Below are positions 47,361 to 58,086 of a DNA stretch of 64,000 nucleotides, piece after piece. The stretch is from Nitrospirota bacterium (lineage in GTDB: Bacteria; Nitrospirota; UBA9217): NCBI GenBank assembly GCA_963737155.1, contig CAVTRN010000002.1, positions 672,001-736,000 of the forward strand, written 5' to 3'. Numbering within the stretch: the first letter of the stretch is position 1; every line of letters starts with the position of its first letter. The translations under genes were made by a program, and so were the position numbers. Under the pieces are notes generated by a model. It worked only from the letters and a program-made list of their open reading frames with translations. It did no database searches and was not told the DNA's origin.

Positions 47361-48415
47361 TGGAGCACGGAGGAAATGTACACCGGGCTTCGGAGGAAAC
47401 GGGTATCCCGGTCGACGAGATTATTGACTTCAGCGCATCCATTAACCCCCTCGGCGTGCCCGACACGGTAACCGAAGTGATCCGGGAGAATATCCGTTAT
47501 CTGGTCCATTACCCGGAGCCTTTCGCGGAGAATCTCGCAGCTCATCTAGGGAGGCACCTGGATATCGACCCGCAGACGATCGTCTGCGGCAACGGAAGCA
47601 CGGAGCTGATCTATCTCGTTGTCCGGGCGTTGGCCCCGCGGAGGGTGCTCGTAACAGCACCGACCTTCTCGGAGTACGGGCGGGCATGCTCGATGCTCCG
47701 TGGTACATCGTGCGTTCGCTTCGCTTTGACGCGGGAAAACGGATTTGCAATTGACCCCGGCGCATTTATTGACGCAATGACGGGATGCAGCATGGCCTTC
47801 CTCTGCAACCCCAACAACCCTACCGGCAGGCTGCTGCAGAGGGATACGGTGATGGCCATTGCCGAAGCCGCGCGGCGCCGATCGTGCCATCTCGTGGTGG
47901 ACGAGGCATTCATTGATTTCGTGCCGGAACATTCGGTGGCCGGTGAGGTCGCGAAGAATTCCCATCTTATCGTGCTGAGGTCGCTTACGAAATTCTATGC
48001 CCTTTCAGGCCTACGGATCGGCTACAGCGTATTTCCCCGGACCCTTGCAGAACTGATGAAAAAACATAAGGAACCATGGACAATCAACACACTCGCGCAG
48101 AAGGCTGGCATCACGGCGATCGATGACCGTGGTTACCAGGAAAGGACCGTCGCCGTCATCGCGGAAGAAAAGCGGTTTCTGGAAAAGGAGCTGGCGGCAC
48201 AGGGGATCGATTATGTCCCCTCGGCTGCAAATTACTATCTACTGAAGCTGGATCATGCCCAGATGGTCGTAGCCTCACTTCGGGAGAAAGGTCTCCTGGT
48301 GAGGGACTGTTCCAATTTCCCGGGACTTGATTGCTCGTACATCCGCATTGCGGTACGATCCCATCGAGAGAATGCAATATTATTGAAGGAGTTTGCACAG
48401 ACATGCGCGGCATAG
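47357..48415 (+). CDS. cobD: L-threonine-O-3-phosphate decarboxylase
   Basis: HGGN, DFSASINPLG, CNPNNPTG, DEAF and SLTKFY. Confidence 0.9.
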   Translation: MMEHGGNVHRASEETGIPVDEIIDFSASINPLGVPDTVTEVIRENIRYLVHYPEPFAENLAAHLGRHLDIDPQTIVCGNGSTELIYLVVRALAPRRVLVTAPTFSEYGRACSMLRGTSCVRFALTRENGFAIDPGAFIDAMTGCSMAFLCNPNNPTGRLLQRDTVMAIAEAARRRSCHLVVDEAFIDFVPEHSVAGEVAKNSHLIVLRSLTKFYALSGLRIGYSVFPRTLAELMKKHKEPWTINTLAQKAGITAIDDRGYQERTVAVIAEEKRFLEKELAAQGIDYVPSAANYYLLKLDHAQMVVASLREKGLLVRDCSNFPGLDCSYIRIAVRSHRENAILLKEFAQTCAA

Positions 48416-49797
48416 TTATCGCAGGGACGCACAGCGGCTGCGGCAAGACGACGGTTACCCTCGGCATTCTCGCTGCCTTGAGGAAAAAGGGTCTCGTGGC
48501 GCAGCCTTTCAAAGCCGGACCAGATTTCATCGATGCCGGGCTTCACCGGCTTGCCGTGGATCGGCCGTCCCGGAACCTCGACCAGTGGATGTGCGGACGG
48601 GAGTACGTGATCGAGTGTTTCAGGAGGCATGCGGCCGGAGCCGATATCGCGGTTGTAGAGGGTGTCATGGGCATGTACGACGGCGATTCGAGCACGGCGG
48701 GCCTGGCGCGCCTTCTGCGTGTTCCGGTCCTTCTCGTGGTCGACGCGTATGGCATGGCCGAGAGCGCGGGAGCGGTGGTGAAGGGATTCACGAATTTCGG
48801 ATTGTCGTTTGCCCACGGTGAACCCGAGGAGACACACTTGGAAAACGGTAATCGTAAGTCGTTAACGAACGTTGCCGGCGTGATCTTCAACCGGGTCGCT
48901 TCGGAGAACCATTACGAGAGACTCAGGGGCAGTGTCCTTGACGTGCCGGTATTCGGTTACCTCCCGAAGGAGCTAAACTTCGAGATTCCGCATCGTCACC
49001 TCGGCCTCAGCATTGCGGAAGAAACCCCGATTCCTGGCGAAAATATCGAAAGGCTTGCCGATGCAGTCATCCATCACGTTGATATCGATGCCATTATTAG
49101 GCAGGCTGAAATTTCGAACGGGGGGACGTATCACCGTGAAGCCGAGGGCACGAAGAAAACTGGAAAATTCAGACTCGCCGTTGCCTATGACAAGGCGTTC
49201 AGTTTTTATTATGAAGATAACCTGGATCTGATGCGCGATGCAGGCGCGGAGATTATCCATTTCAGCCCGCTTGTCGATCGGACCATCCCGGACAGAGCCG
49301 ATGCCGTCTATATCGGAGGCGGGTATCCCGAGCTCCACGCCTGCGCGCTGTCCCGCAATATGTCCATGCTCGGGTCGATCCATGCATGGGCGTGCGCCGG
49401 AAAACCGCTGTATGCCGAATGCGGCGGGCTGATGTACCTTTCGAAGGGCATCAGCGACTTCGACAACAGATTTTATGCCATGGCCGGAGTGTTCTCCTTC
49501 GATACGAGGATGACGCAAAAACCGCGTCTCGGCTATCGCGAGATACTGCTGAACGAGGACTGCATCATCGGCGCCAGGGGTGAGAGGTGCCGGGGGCACG
49601 AGTTCCACTATTCGGAGATTCAGGAGGGTGCGCCGGGGCTGGTCTATTCACTGAGCGACAGCCGCGGCAAGATCCTTCCGACCGAAGGGTTCCGGTACAA
49701 GAACACCCTTGCCAGTTACGTCCATGTCCATTTCGGCAGCAACCGACGAATTGCAGAACACGCTGCCGGTCTTATAAAAGGAGAGATAGTGCTATGA
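48403..49797 (+). CDS. cbiA: Cobyrinate a,c-diamide synthase
   Basis: SGCGKTT, FKAGPDFID, EGVMG, RHLGL, AECGGLMYL and GHEFHYS. Confidence 0.95.
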   Translation: MRGIVIAGTHSGCGKTTVTLGILAALRKKGLVAQPFKAGPDFIDAGLHRLAVDRPSRNLDQWMCGREYVIECFRRHAAGADIAVVEGVMGMYDGDSSTAGLARLLRVPVLLVVDAYGMAESAGAVVKGFTNFGLSFAHGEPEETHLENGNRKSLTNVAGVIFNRVASENHYERLRGSVLDVPVFGYLPKELNFEIPHRHLGLSIAEETPIPGENIERLADAVIHHVDIDAIIRQAEISNGGTYHREAEGTKKTGKFRLAVAYDKAFSFYYEDNLDLMRDAGAEIIHFSPLVDRTIPDRADAVYIGGGYPELHACALSRNMSMLGSIHAWACAGKPLYAECGGLMYLSKGISDFDNRFYAMAGVFSFDTRMTQKPRLGYREILLNEDCIIGARGERCRGHEFHYSEIQEGAPGLVYSLSDSRGKILPTEGFRYKNTLASYVHVHFGSNRRIAEHAAGLIKGEIVL

Positions 49798-50813
49798 AAG
49801 AAAGCATCTTGCTGCTCGGACATGGAAGCCCAAAAAAAGACGCAAACAATCTTGAGCGAGTCGGAAAGATGCTGCACGGCATGCTGCATATAGGATGCTC
49901 GGAAGACTGCGTCGGGATCGCTTATCTTCAGTTTGCCGAACCGGGAATTATGGATGCCATTAAAGGGTGCGTTGAGAAGGGGGCAAAAAAGGTCATTCTT
50001 CATCCTTTTTTCCTGAGCGCCGGTCTGCACGTTACAAAGGACATCCCGGGTTTGATCGAAGACGCGCGGAACCTCTATCCCGACGTGAAATTTGTTTATA
50101 CCGAGCCGCTCGGCATCCATGAAAAACTGGCACATATCGTAATGGAGCGGATCAGCGCAGCCGAGGACCTTGCGCCAGCAGACATAGAAAAAAGGAGTTT
50201 TGACATTCTTTCCGCCGAGGCGGATCTGAGCGGCATCCCGGCCGATCGTTTGCCGATCGTGCAACGCGTCATTCATGCCACGGCAGATTTTGAATTCAAG
50301 AACACGCTGACGTTTCACCCGGATGCTGTCGCCTGTGGAATCAAGGCTATCAGGGCGGGGAAGGACATTTTGACCGACGTTGAGATGGTGAAAACGGGGA
50401 TCAATAAGAGATGGCTTTCTCCCTGGGGAGGGAAGGTTATCTGCAGCATTCAAAATACCGGCGCACAGGGATTGGATGAGCCGCCCGAAAAAGGGAAAAC
50501 CTCGACGCGCGCGGAGCGAGGGATCGAAGCGGCGTTGAAAGAGGGCCACAATATCGGCATCATCGCTATCGGGAATGCACCCACGGCCCTGCTGAAGGTG
50601 ATTGAATTATTCAACGCTTCGCCCGCTGTTGGACGTACGTTGCCGCTTGTGGTCGGTGTGCCCGTAGGGTTTGTGAAAGCCGTGGAATCCAAGGCCCTCC
50701 TTGCGGAACAACAGTTCCCCTTTGTAACCGCCTTGGGAAGAAAGGGCGGGACACCCGCGGCGGTGGCGATCGTGAACGCTCTACTGAAAATGACGGGAGA
50801 AAAAACATCATGA
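49794..50813 (+). CDS. cbiC: Fused short sirohydrochlorin cobaltochelatase (CbiX) and cobalt-precorrin-8 methylmutase (CbiC)
   Basis: N-terminal GHGS...PFFL..GLHVTKDIP; C-terminal IEKRSF, RVIHATADF, IGNAPTAL, PVGFV and GRKGG. Confidence 0.9.
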   Translation: MKESILLLGHGSPKKDANNLERVGKMLHGMLHIGCSEDCVGIAYLQFAEPGIMDAIKGCVEKGAKKVILHPFFLSAGLHVTKDIPGLIEDARNLYPDVKFVYTEPLGIHEKLAHIVMERISAAEDLAPADIEKRSFDILSAEADLSGIPADRLPIVQRVIHATADFEFKNTLTFHPDAVACGIKAIRAGKDILTDVEMVKTGINKRWLSPWGGKVICSIQNTGAQGLDEPPEKGKTSTRAERGIEAALKEGHNIGIIAIGNAPTALLKVIELFNASPAVGRTLPLVVGVPVGFVKAVESKALLAEQQFPFVTALGRKGGTPAAVAIVNALLKMTGEKTS

Positions 50814-51595
50814 TCATGAAATTAAGAAGTGCAAAGAGCAATGTTCGTAAGGATATATTCTTTCTTCTTTTGCTTGTTGCATACTGCCTGCTGTTTACCG
50901 CTCAGGACGCCTATGCCATGCATATTTCCGAAGGCATATTGCCTCTTAACTGGGCGGCGTTTTGGTTTGCCGTCGCAGCGCCGTTTGTTGCTTTTGGCCT
51001 TTATCGACTCAAGAAACTTTCGGCAGGTGACCTGTCGTTCAAGCCCCTCGTGGGCCTCATGGCCGCCGTGGTTTTTATCATTTCCTGCATGCCTATCCCC
51101 GTTCCGACGGCGGGTACCTGCTCTCATCCCTGCGGAACAGGTATGTCGGGGATACTCCTTGGCCCGTTGATTAGCGTCCTGATCGCCGCGGTGGCACTCC
51201 TCATTCAGGCGCTTTTTCTCTCTCATGGCGGGTTGACCACCTTGGGAGCAAACATAGTGTCCATGGGCGTTATGGGATCATTTGCCGGGTATTTTACCTT
51301 CAGGGCATTGCGGTCGATGAAGATAAATATGGCAGTTGCAGGCTTTGTGGCCGGGCTGTTTGCGGACTGGGCGACATACCTCACCACATCCGTGGAACTT
51401 GCCTCGGGCATACGGGGGGACTCTCCCTTCCTCCCGCTTTTCTGGAAGATTGCTATTGCCTTCATGCCCACGCAGATTCCGCTCGGAATCCTGGAAGGCG
51501 CGATGACGGCGGGAATGGTTGTTCTGCTCTATAAGAAGCGTCCCGACCTTCTGGTGAAAATGGGCGTGTCGAAGCCGGAGGAGGTCAAGACATGA
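50810..51595 (+). CDS. cbiM: Cobalt ECF transporter S component
   Basis: Signal peptide ..AYA followed by MHISEG; GTCSHPCG and HGGLTTLGAN. Confidence 0.93.
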   Translation: MIMKLRSAKSNVRKDIFFLLLLVAYCLLFTAQDAYAMHISEGILPLNWAAFWFAVAAPFVAFGLYRLKKLSAGDLSFKPLVGLMAAVVFIISCMPIPVPTAGTCSHPCGTGMSGILLGPLISVLIAAVALLIQALFLSHGGLTTLGANIVSMGVMGSFAGYFTFRALRSMKINMAVAGFVAGLFADWATYLTTSVELASGIRGDSPFLPLFWKIAIAFMPTQIPLGILEGAMTAGMVVLLYKKRPDLLVKMGVSKPEEVKT

Positions 51596-51915
51596 AACGT
51601 TGGCTGTGGAATGCGGAATGCGTTATTAGGATCAAGAAGCTGTTGTGTTTGGCAGCTATCGTATTAATGAGCATGGTCTATTCTGTGCCGACTGCAATCA
51701 CTGCTGAAAAATGGACTGGTGTCGACGAATCAGTAGTTGAGAAATATGCAAAAGAGCACGGCAGGGAAGCTCGCACACCGTATATCAACACGGACCAGGG
51801 TGATCTTCTCCTCTTTGTTTTCCTGCTGGGAGGGACCATTGGGGGATTTGTTGCGGGATATTACTGGCGGATACTTATGTCCGAAAAAGTGGAAAAGCAC
51901 AAAAAAGAGGAATGA
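51592..51915 (+). CDS. cbiN: Cobalt transport accessory protein (CbiN-like)
   Basis: W.GVDE.V.EK, GDLLLFVF and GYYW; lies between cbiM and cbiQ. Confidence 0.7.
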   Translation: MKRWLWNAECVIRIKKLLCLAAIVLMSMVYSVPTAITAEKWTGVDESVVEKYAKEHGREARTPYINTDQGDLLLFVFLLGGTIGGFVAGYYWRILMSEKVEKHKKEE

Positions 51916-51952
51916 CGGGACCATGCATCGATGCCTGTACAAGGAAAACTGA

Positions 51953-52705
51953 ATGCACGTATTTACAGAATATTTTAAGCACGAGCATATGCTCACAAAA
52001 ATAGATGCGAGGGTCAAGATCTTTGCAGCCCTGGCTGTTCTCATTATGGTTCTTACGTATAGGGGGTTCGTCTTCCCTTCGCTTGTCACGCTGTTATGCT
52101 TTTTCCTCTGCATAAGGATGCGGATACCGCTACGGGTTCTTGCCCTGAGATTTTCCGAGCCTCTGTTTATCGCAGCGGTTGTGCTCTTATTGAAATGCTT
52201 TTTTACCGGAAAGGCCGCGCTTTTTTTCATACACTTTATGGGTCTCAAGATTGTCGGCCACAGGGATGGACTGATAGAAGGGATGCTGATAGGCAGCAGA
52301 ATCATAGGCGCCGTGTCTGTGGTCGCGGTGCTGGGATTTGCTACTCCATTTACCGAGTTCATGGCGGGCCTTTCATGGTTCAGAGTACCGAAAGGATTCA
52401 TCGAAATCCTGATGTTTGCCTACCGGTATATCTTTGTGCTGTTCGAGGACGCACAGGTCATCTACCTTGCTCAGAAAAACCGCCTCGGCTATTCAACAGT
52501 CAAGGGGGGGTTGAGCTCCTTTGGAACACTGGCTGGCTCCCTGACGATAAAGGCCTTCGATCACAGCCAGAGCACCACCGTTGCCATGGTCCAGCGGGGA
52601 TATGATGGGACGATGCCCCTGTTCAAACACAAGGCGTTCAAGTCATCGGAAATGATCGCATCAGCGCTCGTTCTCCTGGTCATGGGCTTGCTATGGAAAC
52701 TATGA
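51953..52705 (+). CDS. cbiQ: Cobalt ECF transporter T component
   Basis: IDARVK, YRYIF, AQKNRLGY and AMVQRGY. Confidence 0.92.
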   Translation: MHVFTEYFKHEHMLTKIDARVKIFAALAVLIMVLTYRGFVFPSLVTLLCFFLCIRMRIPLRVLALRFSEPLFIAAVVLLLKCFFTGKAALFFIHFMGLKIVGHRDGLIEGMLIGSRIIGAVSVVAVLGFATPFTEFMAGLSWFRVPKGFIEILMFAYRYIFVLFEDAQVIYLAQKNRLGYSTVKGGLSSFGTLAGSLTIKAFDHSQSTTVAMVQRGYDGTMPLFKHKAFKSSEMIASALVLLVMGLLWKL

Positions 52706-53544
52706 TCCGGCTGGCGGTTGCCGTAGATGTCTTTGCATATGCCGACGGGACACAGGCTCTGCATGACATACGGCTTGAAGTGCGGAAGGGGGAGTTCGCC
52801 GGCATCCTGGGATCGAACGGCTCGGGAAAGACAACCCTTCTCAAGGTCATGGACGGTCTGGTGAAGGAGTACAAGGGCGAAGTCCTTCTTGACGGCAGGG
52901 ACGTCAGGAGGCTTACGCCGAAGGAGATCTATCTCAAGGTCGGCCTCGTCTTCCAGAACCCCGATGACCAGCTTTTTGCTCCGACCGTGTTTGAGGATGT
53001 CGCTTTCGGCCCGCTAAACATGGGTCTTACCCAGGAGGATGTCGCCCGCCGCGTAAACAGCGTTCTCAAAGCCGTGGAGATGGACGGCTTCGCGGGGAAG
53101 TCCATTCACAACCTGAGCTTCGGTCAGAAGAAACGGATCTGTATTGCCGGACTTCTTGCCATGGGACATGAAATACTGTTGCTTGACGAGCCGACGGCTG
53201 GCCTGGACCCCATGGGTGAATACAAAATGATGGCCCTTTTGACGAAGCTGAACCGCGAGCAGGGAGTGACCGTGGTGATGGCGACACACAGTGTTGATCT
53301 GGTCCCGCTGTTCCTCGACCGCCTGTATATCCTGAGCAAAGGCGGAATCGTGCGCAGCGGCCCTCCATCAGAGGTGTTCACGGCTCCCGAGGAAATGGCG
53401 CAAGTAAAACTTAGACTCCCGCATATCGCAGAATTGATTTATCGTCTCAAGCACGAGGACGGTGTAGCCTTCGATAAAATACCGCTGACTGTGGGCGAGG
53501 CGCGGCGGGAAATCCTCAAAACGATGAGAAACGATCATGCGTAG
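52693..53544 (+). CDS. cbiO: Cobalt ECF transporter ATPase
   Basis: GSNGSGKTT, FQNPDDQLF, LSFGQKKR and LDEPTAGLD. Confidence 0.93.
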   Translation: METMIRLAVAVDVFAYADGTQALHDIRLEVRKGEFAGILGSNGSGKTTLLKVMDGLVKEYKGEVLLDGRDVRRLTPKEIYLKVGLVFQNPDDQLFAPTVFEDVAFGPLNMGLTQEDVARRVNSVLKAVEMDGFAGKSIHNLSFGQKKRICIAGLLAMGHEILLLDEPTAGLDPMGEYKMMALLTKLNREQGVTVVMATHSVDLVPLFLDRLYILSKGGIVRSGPPSEVFTAPEEMAQVKLRLPHIAELIYRLKHEDGVAFDKIPLTVGEARREILKTMRNDHA

Positions 53545-54055
53545 GGGATACGTTCAGGTCTATACCGGAAACGGAAAAGGGAAGACCACGGCGGCCCTGG
53601 GGCTTGCGATCAGGGCCGCAGGCGCGGGTCTCAGAATATTTATCGGTCAGTTCGTTAAAAATAGGAAATGCAGCGAACATTATCTGCTTGACAGACTCAG
53701 CGACAGTATTACCATCCAGCAGTTCGGCAGGGGGCTCATCATGGGCCGACAGCCGTCTCCGGACGACAGGATGGCGGCGCACGACGGTTATGAAGCGGTT
53801 AAGGCCATCCTGCTCTCGGGCCGATACGACGTGGTGATCCTGGACGAGGCGAACGTAGCGGCCCATTACGGATTGATTACGGCGCAGGACCTGCTCGAAC
53901 TCATGGCGCTGAAACCGAAAAAGGTTGAACTCGTGATTACGGGACGGTATGCGGACGAGAGAGTCATGCAGGCAGCCGACCTCGTGACCGAGATGCACGC
54001 GGTTAAACACTACCGGCAACAGGGAGTGAGTGCTCGACGTGGAATCGAAAAATAA
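53537..54055 (+). CDS. cobO: Cob(I)yrinate a,c-diamide adenosyltransferase (CobA/CobO/BtuR)
   Basis: YTGNGKGKTTAA, ILDE, ELVITGR, ADLVTEM and RRGIE. Confidence 0.93.
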   Translation: MRRGYVQVYTGNGKGKTTAALGLAIRAAGAGLRIFIGQFVKNRKCSEHYLLDRLSDSITIQQFGRGLIMGRQPSPDDRMAAHDGYEAVKAILLSGRYDVVILDEANVAAHYGLITAQDLLELMALKPKKVELVITGRYADERVMQAADLVTEMHAVKHYRQQGVSARRGIEK

Positions 54056-55241
54056 AAAACTCCGGTCCGGCTACACAACCGGAGCCTGCGCAGCGGCAGC
54101 GGCAAAGGCGGCGGCGATACTCGTAATGCGGGATGCCGCTTGCGGAATGCCGGATGAAGCGGCCGTTACGACCGTTGAAATTCCTTTTCCAGACGGAAGC
54201 AGGGTAGCGTTCAATATTCACTGTCTGGAGATCGGGATTGAAAATGCAAAACGCGTAGCCATGGCTTCCGTGATCAAGGATGCGGGGGATGATCCCGATG
54301 TAACAAATGGTGCAGAAATAAGGGCAACAGCTATAATTATGGAATGCTCAGGCCCTTGTGTAAACGCCGGGATGGACGGGATTCAAAATTGGGACAGGGG
54401 AAATGCTCGAATTACCGTCAGGGGCGGGACGGGAGTAGGAATCGTCACCAAACCCGGACTGGCCGTACCAGTTGGCGATGCGGCGATAAATCCGGTGCCG
54501 AAAAAAATGATTTATGATGCGGTGGCAGAGGCGATGACTATTTGCCAAACGAGAAGCCAGCCTTTAAATCCCCATCCCGCCATCCGCATTCCACATTTGG
54601 AAGTCACCATTTCCGTGCCAGCAGGAGAGGAACTCGCCAAGAAGACCCTTAACCGCCGGCTGGGCATCATAGGCGGAATCTCGATCCTCGGCACCACGGG
54701 TATCGTGCGCCCTGTATCCGCCGAGGCTTGGACGGCGACCATCACGGCGTCCATGGATGTCGCAAAAGCCGCCGGCCTTGGCACGGTGGTCATCTCCTCC
54801 GGGCGGACCTCGGAGAAAGCCCACATGAAGAAGTATCGTTTCCCCGACGAAGCCTACGCGATGATGGGTGACTACCTTGAATTTTCTCTGCTCGAAGCGA
54901 AGCGGCACAGTTTCCACGAGGTCCATCTCTGCGCCCAGTGGGCCAAGATGCTGAAGACGGCCATGGGCACGCCGCAGACCCATGTGCGTCACGGCGCCCT
55001 CGAAGCGGAAAGCGCGGCGGAGTTCCTCGTCAGGCTTGGGTTAGATATTCCCCGGGGAAAAGCGTTCAACACATCAAGGGAAATCTTTGATTATATTTAT
55101 TCCATAATCCCCGATCCACAATCCGCAATGGCAATGGTTTGTGCGGCCGCGAAAAGCTATGCCGAGGGTATTACGTCGGGGATCCCGGTCATTGCCCATC
55201 TCATATCCTATGAGGGAGACATTCTTGCAGAAAGCGATTAA
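54030..55241 (+). CDS. cbiD: Cobalt-precorrin-5B C1-methyltransferase
   Basis: LRSGYTTGACA, KDAGDDPDVT, AINPVP and GGISILGTTG. Confidence 0.95.
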   Translation: MLDVESKNKKLRSGYTTGACAAAAAKAAAILVMRDAACGMPDEAAVTTVEIPFPDGSRVAFNIHCLEIGIENAKRVAMASVIKDAGDDPDVTNGAEIRATAIIMECSGPCVNAGMDGIQNWDRGNARITVRGGTGVGIVTKPGLAVPVGDAAINPVPKKMIYDAVAEAMTICQTRSQPLNPHPAIRIPHLEVTISVPAGEELAKKTLNRRLGIIGGISILGTTGIVRPVSAEAWTATITASMDVAKAAGLGTVVISSGRTSEKAHMKKYRFPDEAYAMMGDYLEFSLLEAKRHSFHEVHLCAQWAKMLKTAMGTPQTHVRHGALEAESAAEFLVRLGLDIPRGKAFNTSREIFDYIYSIIPDPQSAMAMVCAAAKSYAEGITSGIPVIAHLISYEGDILAESD

Positions 55242-56538
55242 ACTGTACGTCGTTGGGATTGGCTACCGCCCCCTCGGAAAGCGCGCGCAGGAGCTCGTGC
55301 GCGGAGCCAGTGTCATTCTCGCTTCATCCAGACTCTTCGAAGTCTTCCAGCGTTATCATGAATATGAAGAGGTCAAGGACCGCATCAAAGTCATTAACAA
55401 GGTGCCCGAGACGATTGCTTTCATACAGGGATGGTTTATACAAGCCGAACGCCATAAGACGAACTCCGCAATGCCGTCTGTTGTTCTTCTCGCGTCGGGA
55501 GATCCGCTCTTCTTCGGCATCGGCAGGCGGATGCGGGAGGAGTTCGGAAAGGAAGCCGTAGAGATCCTGCCGGACCTGTCGAGCGTTCAGGAGGCTTTCG
55601 CGCGAATCAACGAGCCTTGGGATGACGCTGTCCTCATCAGTCTTCATGGAGGGCCCGATATTGCGAAGCGGCGCGCGCTGCCTTATGAGGTCCATGACAT
55701 TCCGCGGCTGCTGGAACGAAGCGGCAAGATGGGGGTGCTCACAGACCGGGAAAACAACCCTGGAGTCATTGCAACTATCCTTCAATCCGCAAACGACAAT
55801 CGGCAATTAGAAATTGTGATGCATGTCTGCGAACGGCTCGGCTATCCTGATGAGAAGATCATAACGGGGACCCCTGCGGAAATTGCGGCGGCTTCCTTCT
55901 CCGACCCGAACGTGGTGATAATCATGAAAGACAGGGGTCGGGGGGCGGGGACGAAGGGGCAGGAAGCGAGCGTGAAATTTGGGATGCGGGAAGAGGACAT
56001 CCTGCACGAACGAGGCTTGATCACCAAGGATGAGGTGAGGGCGGCCACTCTTCACAAACTTTGCCTTCCACAGCGCGGCGTTTTCTGGGACGTCGGGGCT
56101 GGTTCCGGCTCGGTGTCGCTGGAAGCTGCACTGCTCTGTCCGGGGCTGCGGATCATTGCAGTTGAGAAAGAACAGGGAAGGATCGGCGCCATAACGGCCA
56201 ATATGCGGCGTTTCAACGCGGAAAATGTGGAGACTATCAATGGATCAGCGCCTGACGCGCTCACCGGGCTTCCTGCCCCGGACCGGGTTTTCATCGGAGG
56301 AAGCAGCGGGAGATTGGGCGATATTGTCGCGTGTGTGAGCGGGAAAATGTCATCAGGGATCATTGTCATCAACGCGGCATCCCTGGAAACGCTCCACGAT
56401 GCCCTGTCGGCCCTCGACAAGAACGGGTTTTCCGTCGAGGTCGCCGAGATATCCGTGTCGCGGGCGAAGGTCGTGGGAGGCAAGCGGCTTATGAGTGCGT
56501 TAAATCCGGTGTTTGTCCTGCGAGGCGAAAAAAACTGA
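55225..56538 (+). CDS. cbiET: Bifunctional cobalt-precorrin-7 C5 / -6B C15 methyltransferase (CbiE-CbiT)
   Basis: GAGGGA RBS before TTG 55225; ASGDPLFFGIG, ERLG, ITKDEVRA, WDVGAGSGSV and FIGGS. Confidence 0.92.
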   Translation: MQKAIKLYVVGIGYRPLGKRAQELVRGASVILASSRLFEVFQRYHEYEEVKDRIKVINKVPETIAFIQGWFIQAERHKTNSAMPSVVLLASGDPLFFGIGRRMREEFGKEAVEILPDLSSVQEAFARINEPWDDAVLISLHGGPDIAKRRALPYEVHDIPRLLERSGKMGVLTDRENNPGVIATILQSANDNRQLEIVMHVCERLGYPDEKIITGTPAEIAAASFSDPNVVIIMKDRGRGAGTKGQEASVKFGMREEDILHERGLITKDEVRAATLHKLCLPQRGVFWDVGAGSGSVSLEAALLCPGLRIIAVEKEQGRIGAITANMRRFNAENVETINGSAPDALTGLPAPDRVFIGGSSGRLGDIVACVSGKMSSGIIVINAASLETLHDALSALDKNGFSVEVAEISVSRAKVVGGKRLMSALNPVFVLRGEKN

Positions 56539-56539
56539 T

Positions 56540-57307
56540 ATGGCGGGAAAACTCTATGTTATCGGTATCGGGCCGGGCGACCCCGAACTCATGACCGTCA
56601 AGGCCATAAGGGTCCTGAGGGAAGTGCCCTGTATCTTTGTTCCTAAAGGGCGGGAGGAGGGAAGCAGCGTTGCCCTTTCCATCATACAGAAAATGCTCCC
56701 TCTCGATGGGAAGGAAATCATCGAGGCCTATTTCCCAATGATGAAAACAATGGGGAATACCTCCGCTGAGGATATGCGAGAGCAGGCTCCATGCGGAATG
56801 CGGAGTACGGACGCGAACGAACTCAACGCCAAATGGAGTGAGACCGCGGAGGCAGTTCTGAACAGGCTGGAACGCGGCGGGGATGCTGCGTTCATCACCA
56901 TCGGCGATCCGGCAATCTACAGCACCTTCTTCTATCTGTACGATAGGTTGCTCGAGCGCAAACCATCGCTCGAGATCGAGATCGTCCCCGGCATATCATC
57001 CATCAATGCCGCCGCTGCGCGGGCGGGACTCTCCCTGGGTCTCGGTAATGATAAGATCGCGATTCTCCCGGCGAACTATCTGGACAGCCTGCAGGAAACT
57101 CTGGAGAAGTTTGACACCGTTGTGCTCATGAAGGTCAGCAAGGTCTTCGATACGGTCAGGGATACGCTGGCCAGGATGAACCTTGAGGATGCCGCGACCT
57201 ATGTCGCAAGGGCGGGCATGGAGAATGAGCGGATACGGAAGGACATCCGCCAGGTGCGGAAGGAAGATCTGAATTATTTTTCCCTCGTGATCGTGAGGAA
57301 ACGATGA
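56540..57307 (+). CDS. cbiL: Cobalt-precorrin-2 C20-methyltransferase
   Basis: GIGPGDPELMTVKA, FPM, IGDPAIYSTF and YFSL. Confidence 0.92.
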   Translation: MAGKLYVIGIGPGDPELMTVKAIRVLREVPCIFVPKGREEGSSVALSIIQKMLPLDGKEIIEAYFPMMKTMGNTSAEDMREQAPCGMRSTDANELNAKWSETAEAVLNRLERGGDAAFITIGDPAIYSTFFYLYDRLLERKPSLEIEIVPGISSINAAAARAGLSLGLGNDKIAILPANYLDSLQETLEKFDTVVLMKVSKVFDTVRDTLARMNLEDAATYVARAGMENERIRKDIRQVRKEDLNYFSLVIVRKR

Positions 57308-58062
57308 AAACAAAGGTTTGTTTTGTGGGCGCGGGTCCCGGCGATCCCGAGCTCATTACCGTGAAGGGCCGAAAGGCCCTCGATAGCGCTGATGTTGTGA
57401 TCTATGCCGGAAGTCTCGTGAACCCCGTACTCCTTGAGGGGATCAATGCCCACATCATCGATTCGGCGAAGATGAATCTCGACGAGATCGTCGCAGTGAT
57501 GAAGAACGCGGTATCTGATAGTCGGTCAGTGGTGAGGCTCCATACAGGGGACACGTCTTTCTACAGCGCCATTTCGGAACAGATCGAGCGGCTTCGTAAA
57601 CTGAACATCCCTTACACGATCATACCCGGAGTATCATCGGCCATGGCGGGTGCCGCGATCCTCGGCCAGGAACTGACTATTCCCGAGATAAGCCAGACCG
57701 TTATCTTCACGAGGCTGGAAGGCAGAACCCCGGTGCCAGCGACCGAGCGGTTGGGCTCTCTTGCTTCCCACCGCGCGACCATGGCGATTTTTTTGAGCGT
57801 GGGCATGATTGAGAAGGTGCGGGACGAACTGCTCCAGGGCTATCCTGGAGACACCCCCGTTGTGATCATTGAGAAGGCTACATGGCCCGACCAGAAGGTC
57901 ATCCGGGGCGCGTTGCAGGATCTAGCTGGTCTGGTAAAGGACGCAGGCATCAGGAAGACGGCGTTGATCTATGTCGGCGAGTCGCTCCGGGCGTCCGAAA
58001 TGTCATTGGGAAAAGAGTCGAAACTCTATCACAAGGACTTCAAGCATGAGTACCGGAAATAG
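57304..58062 (+). CDS. cbiF: Cobalt-precorrin-4 C11-methyltransferase
   Basis: YAGSLVN, RLHTGD, ELTIPEISQTVI and SKLY. Confidence 0.93.
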   Translation: MKTKVCFVGAGPGDPELITVKGRKALDSADVVIYAGSLVNPVLLEGINAHIIDSAKMNLDEIVAVMKNAVSDSRSVVRLHTGDTSFYSAISEQIERLRKLNIPYTIIPGVSSAMAGAAILGQELTIPEISQTVIFTRLEGRTPVPATERLGSLASHRATMAIFLSVGMIEKVRDELLQGYPGDTPVVIIEKATWPDQKVIRGALQDLAGLVKDAGIRKTALIYVGESLRASEMSLGKESKLYHKDFKHEYRK

Positions 58063-58086
58063 ATATCTTGCGGATTGCGGAGTACA

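Noticed and set aside
13159-50549. Long antisense ORFs (e.g. 13159-14133, 28940-29878, 38986-39924, 49716-50549)
   Set aside because: Each lies opposite a well-supported gene and has no recognisable motif; such ORFs are expected from codon bias in GC-rich coding DNA.
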